Assembly: GCF_006345805.1 (NCBI RefSeq)
Contig: NC_043004.1
Span: 101,370,001 to 101,434,000, forward strand
Direction: 5' to 3'
Length of the DNA stretch: 64,000 nt
DNA from: Octopus sinensis
Taxonomy: Eukaryota
Notes under the pieces: model-generated
Seen by the model: only the letters and a program-made list of their open reading frames with translations
Database searches by the model: none
What the model was told of the DNA's origin: nothing
Position numbers and translations under genes: made by a program
Shown here: positions 12,489 to 25,680 of the stretch, one piece after another
Layout: each line of letters starts with the position of its first letter
Numbering within the stretch: position 1 is the stretch's first letter

Positions 12489-12694
12489 GTTTGAAAGTTT
12501 GACTGAAAAATTAAACAAATCCCTCCTGTTTCTTCTCATATCTTTTAACCCTATACAATCCCAGAGCCCATGTTCCTCTTCTATAAAAAAAAAAATACAA
12601 GAAAAAAAAAAACCATGCTGCTGTATTATAATTGTGGACTTTCGTGTTACAAGACAGAAAATAGCACAAACAATAATGCTTCCCCTTGCAAACA

Positions 12695-12700
12695 AATAAA
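12695..12700 (+). promoter_or_regulatory. candidate polyadenylation signal
   Basis: AATAAA about 200 nt after the stop codon; the true 3' UTR may be much longer. Confidence 0.3.
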
Positions 12701-12841
12701 ACTCATGCTAGTCCCTTACCCCAAACCCACATATTTTTTTTAATATTTTTTTTTTTTCCTTGTGACGCTGGAGAAAAGGACGTTTTAAAATACTTTGAAG
12801 GAAGTATATATATGCTACCAATCTCTGTAGGAAGACATACA

Positions 12842-12877
<36 letters not shown>

Positions 12878-13313
12878 TACTAATGCTAACAGTACAGAGT
12901 TTCCAACTGTTTGTAAAGTGCAGCTACAGGGAAGGTGTTATATATATTAATGTTCTAAGACTGAAGCATATGACTCATGTTAAACAGAGTGGGCGGGTGG
13001 GGCAGGTATTGATCCCCTCACTTAAAACAAAATATTATACAGAATGAGCAGTGCTCATAAGAATCACAGTTTACTTGTCTTCTGCTATTATCATCATCTG
13101 AAGGGATTTTGCACCTACTCAAATTGGAATACATTGCATTACAGGATCACATCAAAGGGAAAACAGGAATATAGATACATAGATAGAAATAAAGATAGAT
13201 ATATATATATATATAGATAAATAGATAGACAGAAAGACACAATGCCATTTAGATTCATGTCCTTAAGCACATACATAGATGCTTAGCTAAATTTTTTTTT
13301 TAAAAAAAGGAAG

Positions 13314-13346
<33 letters not shown>

Positions 13347-13681
13347 CATCTTAGTTGAAGGCAAAATGTGACTTCAGATCAAAGATTATATAACACCTTT
13401 ATGTGTGTGCATGAATATGACAAGTAAGGAGGCAGAGGATCTGTACATCTGTGTGTGTGGTATGTGAAAACTTCCAATGAGCTTTGAAATCCTACAAGAG
13501 AAAAGAGTTGGCTGATCTATTTTCAATAATTTTGAGTAAGGAAGTTTCTATATGACATTTTAAATGGCACTATTCCTCCTTTGAATTTCTTTCATTCTCC
13601 CTCTCTATGTGTTGATGTGGGCTTATGTATGTATGTATGTGTGTATGTATGTATATATATATATATACATATATATATATA

Positions 13682-13716
<35 letters not shown>

Positions 13717-14913
13717 TATAAATGATATGATTCTCCCTTCTGTCAACATAAGAGGGTATGCTTGGGCATAATATTGAATTACTTAGATTATAAATCTGCT
13801 TAAAGTATTCCAAGATATTTCCTGATTAGGCTTTTATTTATTATCATGTGGGGGATGTTTTCAAATAAGCTTTATTGGTTTCCTCAAATTTCCCTAGAAT
13901 CATTTTTTTTTACTTTCCAAATTCTCAAAATGTGAAAAGATCAGCAGGACTTTAAGAGGCTTGTTGAATATAGGTTACCAAAATATTTTCCAAACAAAAC
14001 TATGTCAATCTTAATTATTCAGAGCTTATGAAATGTTTCAACTGCTTGGAATTAAAAGTTATCTTTTTTTATTTATCACATTTTATTTTACTTTTTCAAA
14101 TCCAGTTCTAGACATTACTGAATTTTATTGAACTTATAACTATATTTGTATTTGATATCTTCCAATACCTGACGTGTGTGTGTGTGTGCCCAGATAAGCA
14201 CACATACACACACACATATATATGTATACATACACACACATATATGTACACATACACACACCATACATGTACATACATCCATGCAACGAATGCTGTAGAT
14301 ATAAATTCTTGACAAGTCTGCAGCACTGGTACAAATTTCTAGTTTGCAGCCACTTCACTAATGCTCTTCAGAAAGATATAAAAGTTACATAATTTCATTT
14401 CTTCATCTTTAAGGCCAATATAAGATATCAGCACACCAAATAGACACTCTCACATGTCATCTCAAGTTGATCAGTAATATTTGTGCATAGTTTTCTGCAG
14501 GAGACACACTTGTCACCCAATCACATGCATGTGATAATTTTTGTGAGCTTTAAAATACAAAACTTATGTTGCATGTTGCAACTGGACTTTAAATTGTTTA
14601 AACATTGTCATCTCTTACTCTGCAGTTGGAGATGAATGAGTGAAAGAGATTGCAAATTTATGAAGTCAATGGCTCATCAAGAAAGCATTTGATTATTAAC
14701 CAGTAGACATGGCTTCCAGTCTCATCTGACTTTCAGACGATTTTTTTTTTCTCTTTGTGCCTCTGTGTTTCTGTACATTTTCATCATATTCTCGCACACA
14801 CACACACACACACACACGTACACACAGTGTCTCATATGCACAGATATGCATGTGTGTGTGTGTGTGTATGTATGTATATGTGTGTGTGTGTATACGTATA
14901 TGCGTATGTGCAT

Positions 14914-14945
<32 letters not shown>

Positions 14946-14980
14946 GTATTTGTATGTATATATATATATGTATTTGTATG

Positions 14981-15013
<33 letters not shown>

Positions 15014-15288
15014 GTATATATAATATTAAAGTGTTGTGTAGACATTTTGCAAGTTAGGGGAAAATGTTCTATTAGAAAGTATTGGTGGGGAAAGAAAATT
15101 GAAACAAATCTCAAAGAATGGCTTCTGAGTACAATGTCTCCATTTACGGGTTGTAAAAGCTGTTTATTTATTTATCTTTTCTTTTTTTTTTTTTATTATT
15201 TCCTCTTTAGTTCCTCAATATGTGCGTTTGTGTGTACAAATAATTTTAAACAAGAGTCAACTGGAATTGTGCTATAGTATTCTTATAA

Positions 15289-15319
<31 letters not shown>

Positions 15320-15353
15320 CATACATATATACACACACACACATATATATATA

Positions 15354-15408
<55 letters not shown>

Positions 15409-15428
15409 CATACATATGCATGTATACA

Positions 15429-15468
<40 letters not shown>

Positions 15469-16308
15469 TATATGTGATTTATTGTGTAATGGCTCAAAGT
15501 TGGAAAGCGCTAATTCTTTTTCAAGTATGTTATTATTTGTCTCCTTCTTTTGACAAGAAAACAACAAAAGAAGAGAATGATACATGTTTTCTTCATTCGC
15601 CATTGAACATCCTTTTTACGAAGAAGGGACTTTTTGTCTTAAGGTGAAATTCAAATCAAGAGAAAAACAAAAGCAAAAAAAAAACCTTCATATATTCTTT
15701 CAGTTTATCTAATCAAAATAGATAAATGACAAAAATAAATAAACTATCAGTATTCAAGAATCGATGGTTTTCTTTGAAACATATCTTCTTGTAAGAATCA
15801 TTGTTCAGGATAAGATAACTTGATTGATTGAATTGAGTAAGAGAGGTGAGCTACTTGACAGATTGAGACTGCGACTCACTCTTTGAATCCTTGTTGTTGC
15901 TACTTAAGTCACAAAATATCCTCATAAAACTCCCATGAATGTCACGCAATCACACTTCCTCACCTATATAACTCTTGAATATTTTGTGCCTACATGAGAA
16001 ATCGGTATTGATGTTTAGTAGCATGAAACGGTTAATGTTCCCATCGTAACAAAACCTCAAACTGACTTCACATTCTAGGCAAAAATGTCGCATAATTCCA
16101 TATTCCTTCCCCTGTAAAACCGAGGTTTTGTTGTGCCTGTGTAAGGACCCGTTGTTCATTTGCTTTGTCTTGGTATTCTTGGATGCTAAACTGAAATGGG
16201 TTTTTTTTTACAGCTATTGGTGTTATTATATTTTGTTTTTGCCATATATACATATATATGTACACACATATACATATATATACACATATACATCTCCCTT
16301 TGACTTAC

Positions 16309-16364
16309 CAAAATTTGGCCATAACTGAGAACACTAATTCACCAGGCATGTATATCTGGAATGT
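16309..16364 (-). CDS. candidate exon of an unidentified convergent gene
   Basis: TTTGCAG| TFQIYMPGELVFSVMAKF +TG |GTAAGT; strong donor, weak acceptor tract; no homology recognised. Confidence 0.25.
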
Positions 16365-16629
16365 CTGCAAACTGTAATTTCATGATTGGTGCTATTAATG
16401 CTTTTTCTATTTTTTATTTTTATAGTAATTTATTTAACCTTTTTATTTATTCATTTTGTTTGCCTTAATCCAAATTAATATCCTAAGCTTTTATATTCCG
16501 AAAGGTCAATTGTCATAATTTTAAGGGAGACATTTTAGGTTTGAGCAGGCCATCTAAAGCACATTTTATATCCCCCACCCCCTATAAATGAAAGAAAGGA
16601 AGAAAAGCATCAATAAATGTATATGTGAG

Positions 16630-16790
16630 TGTATGATACAATGGCTGTGAGATTTCTGTGTTGGATTACTGACCTCATTGTCCAGAGTTTGAATCTTGCT
16701 ACAGTCGTTATATTTATACTTGAGAGCAAGGCATAAAACTCTGCTGCCTCAGTCTTCCTGGATAACAAGAGTTCATTATTTCATGGTTAA
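16630..16790 (+). mobile_element. old CORE-like SINE remnant
   Basis: tRNA-like head (TGGCTGTGAG ... GAGTTTGAATC), then GCAAGGC..AACTCTGCTGCCTCAGTC resembling the CORE domain; the motif recurs near 21.32 kb. Confidence 0.4.
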
Positions 16791-17089
16791 GGACAAACAA
16801 CTGTAGATATAATTGCCCTAACAATATGCAAATGTCCAAATTTTCAAAATCCATACCATTTTTGCTAGTATATAAAAAAAATTTTTTAAATGGATGTAAA
16901 ATAGACATAAGTGTGAGTGTGTGGTTATTTGTGATAACTGTAGATACAAGAATAGACTAAAATTATAAATTCTAAAATAAAGAATACGGCCAATAAACTG
17001 ATTGTGAAAAAGCAATTGTTTCTGGATTTTGACGCAGATCAACATTTTTGTCTGTCATCTTGAGAAAATATTTTTAATCGTTTAGGAAT

Positions 17090-17232
17090 TGTGGCGTTAG
17101 GAAGGGCATCCAGCTGTAGAAACTCTGCCAGATCAAGATTGAAGCCTGGTGCAGCCATCTGGTGTCGCCAGCCCTCAGTCACACGTCCAACCCATGCTAG
17201 CATGGAAAGTGGACGTTAAACGATGATGATGT
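17090..17232 (+). mobile_element. SINE family B, 3' part
   Basis: GGCGTTAGGAAGGGCATCCAGCTGTAGAAAC ... GGACGTTAAACGATGATGATG. Confidence 0.75.
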
Positions 17233-18273
17233 TTACAGTCAGATCCCTATTTGTTATTCTGTCACTGTTGTTAGAATTTGAATGATCAAAGCCTTATCTA
17301 CATCTCTACATCTTGGAAGGTTTTCTTTACATTTATATGGATTTGTTTCCTTTCATTTCCATGTTAAAGGAAGAAAATTTGTCAGGTGATAAATAAGAAA
17401 ATGTGTTAGTATTATAGCGGTGTGAGAGTACCTAAGAAGTTTAACACATCTGATGCACTGACCCTTTTACTTACTAGATGTACATGTTCTTTGTTGCATA
17501 TGAAATATCATAAAATATTCATAATGTGCATCACAGCTGGTAGGCTATCATCTCGGTCTTATGTCTCTATTGTAACACATGTAATTCTCGGGGACAGGCA
17601 AAGAATTAAAGTTGCCTTTACTGCTATTATAAAATATTATTGCTTAAGTTTGTTTTTTTTAATTTTAATATAATTTTGTTTTCTTTTACATGTAGTTCTT
17701 TTGTTATTTTTTTAATCCTTGTCTATCTTGACTTTTATTATCTATTAACATATATGTATGAGAGAGGGATGGGTTACTTTCCCAAGGTATTCGTTTTTAA
17801 AGTTGACTTCATTGAGTTAGCAATCTCAACATGTGACATGCTTTTTTATTAAGAAAAAGGGGATGAAATAGCAATAACTTCTCATTTACAACAGAAATTA
17901 ACCTAAAGAAAAATAATTCCTTGATTCAAATCATCTTTCATTTTTAAAACATAAATTTAGAGTGATACACAGTCTTTCATTGATGAACCAACTAAAAGTT
18001 GGTGCATTTTATTCACACACACACACACACACACACACTAAAACAAACAAAGCGGCTCACTGTTTTTATTTCCCAAAGTCTTAAATTATGTGTGTATATG
18101 TTGAAATGTATATAGTAAAATATCGTGTTGCTATGGTTAAAAGTATAAACATCTGATTTACCTTTTAAATATATCATTTTCTAGCAGTAGTAGTAATAAT
18201 GATAATTATACCAATACTAACAGCACTATTCCTTAAATGTCCTCTTGATGTAGTTAAATGATAAATACTTCAC

Positions 18274-18312
18274 CAAGAAATATCTGATGCTGTTTCCACG
18301 GCGACTAAAATC
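18274..18312 (-). CDS. candidate exon of an unidentified convergent gene
   Basis: CTAAC branch-like site, ATTCTGCAG| DFSRRGNSIRYFL |GTGAAG; phase 0 to 0. Confidence 0.3.
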
Positions 18313-18511
18313 CTGCAGAATGTTAGCAATAAATTTGTAGCTTATGACATATAAACACATGTATTTGGTAGCTTCGAGCAAAACTGAAACAGATGTAACT
18401 ATTATCAGTTACGGTTTATAACTGTCGATCAGTATCTCTTACTCTAGAAACCTTACTTGTTTGTCTGTGTAAACAAATTTAATGTCCAACTGCTGATATA
18501 TATATATATAT

Positions 18512-19285
18512 AGGAGTGGCTGTGTGGTAAGTAGCTTGCTTACCAACCACGTGGTTCCGGGTTCAGTCCAACTGCATGGCACCTTGGGCAAGTGTCTTCT
18601 ACTATAGCCTCGGGCCGACCAAAACCTTGTGAGTGGATTTGGTAGACGGAAACTGAAAGAAGCCCGTCGTATATATGCGTGTGTGTGTTTGTCCCCCTAG
18701 CATCACTTGACAACCGATGCTGGTGTGTTTATGTCCCCGTTACTAAGCAGTTCGGCAAAAGAGACCGATAGAATAAGTACTGGGCTTACAAAAGAATAAG
18801 TCCTGGGGTCGAGTTGCTCGATTAAAGGCGGTGCTCCAGCATGGCTGCAGTCAAATGACTGAAACAAGTAAAAGAGGGAGTAAAGAGTATATACATATAT
18901 ATGTGTGTGTGTGTGTGCGGGTATGTTTATGTGGTTAAGGAGCCCACTTTGCAACCATGTGGTTTTGGGTTCAGTCCCACTGCCCAACACCTTGAGTAAA
19001 TGTCTTCTTCTATCGCCTCATGCCGACCACTGCCTTGTGAATGGTGGACGGAAACTGTGTGGAAGCCTGTCATATATGTGTTGTGTGTCCTTTTGTGTTT
19101 GTTCCCCACACTACTGCCATCACTTAACAACTGGTGCTGGTTTGTTTACGTCCCCCATAACTTAGTGGTTTAGTAAAAGAGACCAATAGAAATAAGTACC
19201 AGATTTTAAAAAAGAAAAATAGCCATGGGGTCAATTTGTTCAACTAAACCCTTCAAGGCTGTGCCCCAGCATGGCCACAGTTTAA
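18512..19285 (+). mobile_element. two tandem family-A SINEs (young 18512-18888, diverged 18917-19285)
   Basis: Both share the head, the GGAAACTG body and the ATGACTGAAACAAGTAAA tail. Confidence 0.8.
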
Positions 19286-19509
19286 TGACTGAAACAAGTA
19301 AACGATAAACAATATACACACATAAACAAAAACAAATTACATAGTATGCATTTGTTTTACGAGTTCCAGATTCTTCCTTCTTTACATCAAATATTCTATG
19401 ACTTCCCCACCCTATCAGATCTATGCACTCAGCCTACTACTCTAAAAAAAGAAAAGAGAGAGAGAAAAGCGCAAAAAAACTCTGCGATGATGCCCTAACT
19501 TAACCCTAC

Positions 19510-19574
19510 CTTTTCTACCATCAAGTCTCTGATATCCTGCTGACTGCTTAAACTCTTATTGTGTGCAGCTATAT
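19510..19574 (-). CDS. candidate exon of an unidentified convergent gene
   Basis: TTCAG| IAAHNKSLSSQQDIRDLMVEK |GTAGGG; phase 1 to 0, compatible with 18274-18312. Confidence 0.3.
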
Positions 19575-19734
19575 CTGAATCTTTACAGGTAAACAAAAAA
19601 ATTGTGGAATCATTCTAACAAATGAGTAAAAATAAAGGCAGAAAAAAAAAATACGTCTTTAAAAGGACTGACTGTTTTGTTATTGAGTATCAATGTTTTT
19701 CCAACCCTAACACACACTGATAATGGATAATTTT

Positions 19735-19818
19735 ATATGGATATACCACATAGTGACTTATGGTATATTAATGATTTTTATATACATTAAGCTATACTAT
19801 ACTGCTGATCTGTGATTT

Positions 19819-19855
<37 letters not shown>

Positions 19856-20046
19856 GTATGAAATCACATGGTTGCTCATAGTGTATCTGTATAATTTTAT
19901 ACATTATATATATACTATGCTGATGGATATGGCATAACCTATAATTTTATATATTAGGTTTATACCATGCTGGCTTATGGTAATATTTATATGATTTTAA
20001 AATTTAGATATAACATGTTGCTGGCTTATGGTATATAATGAATTAT

Positions 20047-20101
<55 letters not shown>

Positions 20102-20175
20102 TATATATATATGGTTTTGTATGTTAGATATACCATGCTTATGATATATCTATACAGTTTACCATGCTCTCATAT
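19735..20175. repeat. degenerate minisatellite (units of roughly 40-50 bp)
   Basis: Recurring ATACCATGCT(GG)CTTATGGTATAT..GATTTT motif, interrupted by (TA)n. Confidence 0.55.
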
Positions 20176-20629
20176 TTATCGGGTTTTATTTGTTTCTCAT
20201 TTCCCCTCCCCTCCCATTAAATTTTTCACTCCCCTGCTCTTCTCCCCCCTCCTTTAATCTGTGTTGTGGATTTTTACCTGATTTGATTTTCATTTTATTT
20301 TATAATAAAAGCAAAATAATAAAAGTTGATCATTTTAAGAAAAAAAAATGCAATAAATTAACCAAGTTTTTCTTGCCTTTTATTTAAAAATTCACTGATT
20401 AACAATTTGGCTATTTGCTGAGACATGATTCAGTAAGAATAATGAGCTCAAACCTATTAACACTTCATAATATAATAGTATCGTACAGTAATTACAGCAT
20501 AAATAATCATTTTCATAGTTCCAAATATCCATAGGGCTTAGTGTTTGTCTCTGCTTTCTATAGCTTCAAGATGTTGAAATACAGAGCAGTGTCTTATCAC
20601 ACTTATTTTTTCCCACCAAATTATTGATA

Positions 20630-20830
20630 GTAAGCTGGCAGAACTGTTGATACACCGTGCAAAATGTTAAGTGGCATTTCATCTGTCTTTACATTCTGAG
20701 TTCAAATTCTGCCCAGGTCAACTTTGCCTTTCATCCTTTCAGGGTTGATAAAACAAGTACCAGTTGAACACTGGAGTCAGTGTAATAGACTTACCCACTT
20801 CCCCTGGAATTGCTGGCCTTGAGCCAAAAA
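20630..20830 (+). mobile_element. tRNA-derived SINE family C, diverged
   Basis: AGCTGGCAGAA ... GAGTTCAAATT ... CTTTGCCTTTCATCCTTTC...AAGTACCAG. Confidence 0.7.
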
Positions 20831-21077
20831 ATGAAACCAAAATTGTGGTATTTAAATTGGTGAATTATATATCATCCCATCGAATCTATTTAGAGTTATG
20901 TAAACTCAGCCATTAACACTTAAGTGTCTTGACAATGCACACTGCACAGTGCTAATGGCAGATGGTTTATATAACATAAGAACCTTAACTAGCAGTGAAG
21001 TAGTATAGCTTAAACCTTGCTAAAATCATATTATGAATTGGCTTGCAAGAGCTGTGTTAGTAACCTACAAAAAGCAC

Positions 21078-21290
21078 TTGTCAGTGCCACATATAAAACG
21101 TCCATGCCAGGGCCATGTAAAAAGAACTCAGCACACTCTGTAAAGTGGTTGATTTTAGGAAGGGCATCAAACCATAAAAACTAAGCCAAATCGGATTAGA
21201 ATGTGGTGCAGCTCTCCTACTTGCCAGCTCTGGTCAAACCATCCAACCCATACCAGCATGGAAAATGGATGTTAAAGAACAATGATGATG
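21078..21290 (+). mobile_element. SINE family B, diverged
   Basis: GCCACATATAAAA/GCCATGTAAAAAG repeats, AGGAAGGGCATC, CCAACCCATACCAGCATGGAAAATGG, ATG tail. Confidence 0.65.
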
Positions 21291-21417
21291 TGCACCTGGG
21301 AAATCAATGTAAATTGACTAGCCTCAGTCTGCCTGGATGACAAGCGAAAACTACATAAATATTCTGTAAATAATATTTTATAAGCAATCGCTGTTTATTG
21401 ACTTAAGAAAATAATTT

Positions 21418-21630
21418 GATACTGGGGTGTGTAAGCCCCCGAGGGTTAAAAAGTGGGTTTCCCATACACATGGGAAATGTACACTTCTTTAAAAAAAAAA
21501 GCTAATTGGAAGAAGTGAATGGGTACATAGGTGTAATAGTAGTACACTTATAATATAGAGGTGTAGGTTCACATCTCATGCATATGGGAAACCCACTTTT
21601 TTCCATTGAAGGTTTATATGCCCCAATATC
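21418..21630. mobile_element. degenerate foldback/MITE
   Basis: Imperfect inverted arms of about 65 bp sharing AAAAAGTGGGTTTCCCATA / TATGGGAAACCCACTTTTT and GATA.TGGGG / CCCCA.TATC ends. Confidence 0.55.
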
Positions 21631-21796
21631 ATTTAACTTTCTTTAGTCAATACATGCTGATTGCTTACAAAATACTATTATTAATTTACAGAATTGTCAC
21701 TTGTCACTGCTTCTCAACTCATTACAGAAAACCCACATACTTGTTTGTTTAAAATACAAATGTTTTATGAATGACTGACAATATGCTCAATCCTAC

Positions 21797-21903
21797 CATG
21801 GGCTCAGTAGCAGGAAGACCAAACATACAGCTGTAAAAGCAGTCCAATAATTCATATGCCAATATTTGTTTATGAACACTTAACTCTGCTCTGCCTTCTT
21901 GCT
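21797..21903 (-). CDS. candidate exon of an unidentified convergent gene
   Basis: TTTTTTTCCAG| QEGRAELSVHKQILAYELLDCFYSCMFGLPATEPM |GTAGGA; 107 nt, only one of three frames open, good splice signals. Confidence 0.4.
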
Positions 21904-21999
21904 CTGGAAAAAAACTGAATTTTAAATGGTTAAAAAAATTAAAATTAAAAAAAATATTTTATCACACACACACATATATATATATAAATATATATATGT

Positions 22000-22290
22000 G
22001 TGGAAGCGCAATGGCCCATTGGTTAGGGCAGCGGACTCGTGGTTGTAGGATCACGGTTTTAATTCCCAGACCAGGCATTGTGATTGTTTATTGAGCAAAA
22101 ACATCTAAAGATCCACGAGGCTCCTGCTGGGTCTAGTGGCAATCCCTGCTGTACTCTTTCGCCACAACTTTCTCTCACTCTTTCTTTTGTTGGCCTGCTC
22201 GCTTAGCCAGCGGGGTGGCATCATTTGAAGGCTAAAACAATGCAAAAACAGCATTGTGACAAGCGTTGTGTAGCAACATCTGATAGCCTG
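22000..22290 (+). mobile_element. tRNA-derived SINE family D, tail type 1
   Basis: GCAATGGCCCATTGGTTAGGGCAGCGGACTC head; tail GGCCTGCTCGCTTAGCCAGC...GATCACATGATA; homologues at 29522-29640 and 58935-59246 (minus). Confidence 0.8.
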
Positions 22291-23115
22291 GTTGGTCACT
22301 GATCACATGATATATATATAGATATATAGATATATATATAATTTCATGCAGTTCTGAATGACAGTTTTGTGGTGTGTAGAGCACATCCATCTTATCAGAT
22401 ATTAGAGAAGTATGAGAGATTTGAGACAACTTCAAGACTGCTTTTAGATGTTTGGCTATATTAATATATGTAACTCCTACCAAATGTGCTGAGTGATACT
22501 TTCATTGGTCACTTGCCTATATATATAATATATATATAATACATATATATATATGAAAGTACGTGGCTAGGTGGTTAGGGATATTCAGCTCATGATTATA
22601 AGGTCATGAGTTTGATATCCAGCAGTATGTTGTGTCCTCGAACAAGATGCTATCTCACTTTACTCCAGTTCACTCAGCTAGAAAAATTGAGTTGTACATT
22701 GTAGTTAACGAGCTAGCCTTGTCACATTCTGTATCATGTTGAATCTTCCTGGGAACTAGATTAAGGGTTATACATGTCTGTGAAGTGTTCAGTAACTTGC
22801 ATGTTAATTTCACAAGCAGGCTGGTCCACTAATGGATTCAACTGGAACACTAGCTCTCATAACTGATGGAGAGCCTGGCAAATATTTGTGTGTGTGTTTT
22901 ATAGTTTCCTTTAACTAATCAATCAATCATCTTACGTATAGTATTAGTTTCTTACTATGACACAGAGCTATAAAATTGTTGAGAAGGTATGTATTCAGTT
23001 GGAGTTATTTGGTATATTATTGGAATCTGTATTCACTTTGGTTGGATTTGGACACTGAAAAGGCTATAAACATAATATTTCTACCATCCAACCATGTTCT
23101 ACTTATATTTGTATC

Positions 23116-23560
23116 ATCATCATCATCATCGTTTAACGTCCGTTCTCCATGCTAGCATGGGTTGGACGGTTCGACCGGGGATCTGGGAAGCCAGAAGGCT
23201 GCACCAGGCTCCAGTCTTATCTGGCAATGTTTCTACAGCTGGATGCTCTTCCTAACGCGAACCACTCCGTGAGTGTAGTGGGGGATTTTTACGTGCCACC
23301 TGCATATACTTAGTAAGCATAAACATGAGTGTGTGGTTATGGTGGTCACTTCCCAACCACATTTTCCAGTTTCACTGTTTGGGTCAACTGGTCTTGTAAG
23401 TAGATTTGGTAGCTGCAATCTGAATGCGTGTATGTTTGTTGTGTCTCTGGTCACTTTTATATCATGTGATAGTTGCAATTGAGTATCACCTTCATACAAA
23501 AGGTGTTAATTGCTTTCAATCTTCCTTAAAATTATGTCCACCTGTTGGGAAATATTACCT
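23116..23560 (-). mobile_element. family-B SINE 3' part abutting a diverged family-A-like SINE
   Basis: (CAT)nCGTTTAACGTCC... to 23300; then TTCCCAACCAC, GTAAGTAGATTTGGTAG and a body shared with 26420-26720. Confidence 0.6.
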
Positions 23561-23957
23561 TGCTCGTTAACAGATGAGGAAAGGCATCTGGCCTTTAAAA
23601 AACCCAGCCTAAATGAAGTACATTTGATCCATCCAATTGCATGGAAAAGTGGATGTCAAATCCGATGATAATTATTAGTAAACTATTTTAACATGAAATG
23701 AATTTTAAAGTCAATGCTATTAATGTTTAAACAGCAAAATATCTTTTTCACCAGCATTATTATTTTGGGCGAGTCTAACTACCCTTTTATACCAACCATC
23801 TAGCATTAGTATTATACATGACTTTAATTGCAAAAGTGAAGACAAAGGAATGAAATAGTCTTCACAAGAACTAGAGGATTGTAATGATAGTTTTAAGAAT
23901 TTTTCAGTTTTAATGTTGTTTATTGGGGGTCAGCTGTCTTCTCTACCATATACAATA

Positions 23958-24545
23958 TGTGTGATAAATAGAGAATACCAAACGAGTTCCCTATGGATAC
24001 CGTATTTATTACGAGTGGCTTGTAAACGTATCTAACGAGCGAAAGCGAGTTAGATACGTTTACAAGCCACGAGTTGTAATAAATACGGTATCCATAGGGA
24101 ATGAGTTTGGTATTTTATTTATTACACATAAATAAACGACCATATTTTATTAACCCAATAACTAAATTCTTCACATCGTGTTGAAGCGCGCATGAATACA
24201 GCTTGATTTCACGTCAGTGACGTCACAATGTGTAACTGTAAAAGATGTCATGCTGCAGGAAGATAGTCCGACTTTATAGCGCTAAGTTTTCAGGTGAAAT
24301 GACTGATAACTGATACTGTTTAACATTTTGCTAACATTCAAGTTCACGTTCAAGAAATACATAACACACGTGAAAGTAATGAATGAAGTTTAGTTGTAAC
24401 TTATGAATGACAAAAGTAGTGCCGTCACCGTGACCTCGGGTCATCACCATGGATTGACCAATCAGAAGCAGTGCTCGCAGTATCTGACATATGTTAGATA
24501 CCAAAAATATCTCAAAGTGTTCTCACTCACATGTGTGTAATAACA
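23958..24545. mobile_element. palindrome-bearing non-autonomous element (Crypton-like, tentative)
   Basis: Hairpin of about 170 bp (23958-24128) centred on CTAACGAGCGAAAGCGAGTTAG, followed by about 400 bp of CpG-richer sequence ending TGTGTAATAA. The hairpin is seen directly; the class is a guess. Confidence 0.45.
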
Positions 24546-25243
24546 TAATTTAATGTTGTGATATTGATAAATCATAATTTGTATAATTACATACACACAC
24601 ATTTGCACATTTATACATACATGTATATGTGTGTATATATGTGTATATATATATACATACATATGCACACATACACATATATATATATATACATATGTAC
24701 ACATACACATATATATACTTACATATGCACACACACACACACACATATATATTTAACATCACAATAAATTTGACTCTACTCTCACTCTAGAGTTACCTCA
24801 GCAGCAAATGTTTCATGATTTTTCTATACTTTTACAAATAGCCATATATACATCACAAGCATTCAGAACAAATAAACACAAACACTCTCTCTCTCTCTCT
24901 CTGTATAATATACATACATATACATCTGAGACCCAGCTGTCTCCCACGAATGAGTATAGCTTAGTAACATGTACCATAGCTTTTCTCTATTTGTTTTTGG
25001 TGCCTGTATAGTTACAAGAAGACTTAGACACATTCTCAACCGTCCCCCCTTTTTGACTCAGTGGCACATCCAGGTTGTAACCACCAGAAGGAGAAAGAGC
25101 TGCACCGGAACTCAGCTCATCCTAATTTCCATCTGAGTTACCTAGAGCAACTTGCTCAAGGACTCATCAAGCTGCTCAGTCTGGGAATTGGAAGCATGAC
25201 ATTATTATCATATAATTGTGAGCCAAACACTCAATCTACAAGT

Positions 25244-25470
25244 TTACTCTTACTCTTTACTCTTTTACTTGTTTCAGTCATTTGACTGCGGCCATGCTAG
25301 AGCACCGCCTTTAGTCGAGTAAATCAACCCCGGGACTTATTCTTTGTAAGTCCAGTACTTATTCTATCGGTCTCTTTTGCCGAACCGCTGAGTGACGGGG
25401 ACGTTAACACACCAGCATCTGTTGTCAAGCAATGCTAGGGGAACAAATACAGACACACAAACGCACACAC

Positions 25471-25515
<45 letters not shown>

Positions 25516-25680
25516 TACGACGGGCTTCTTTCAGTTTCCGTCTACCAAATCCACTCACAAGGCATTGCTCGGCTCGGGGCTATAGCAGAAGACACTTGCC
25601 CAACATGCCACGCAGTGGGACTGAACCCGGAACCATGTGGTTGGTAAGCAAGCTACTTACCACACAGCCACTCCTGCGCC
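25244..25680 (-). mobile_element. SINE family A, full length
   Basis: As 6727-7113, with (TTTACTC)n, the reversed tail. Confidence 0.85.

Noticed and set aside
16745-21342. Shared motif GCCTCAGTCT.CCTGGAT.ACAAG, which first looked like duplicated exons (LLSRKTEAAEF / LSSRQTEASQF)
   Set aside because: In-frame stops or missing splice sites; better explained as CORE-like SINE remnants.
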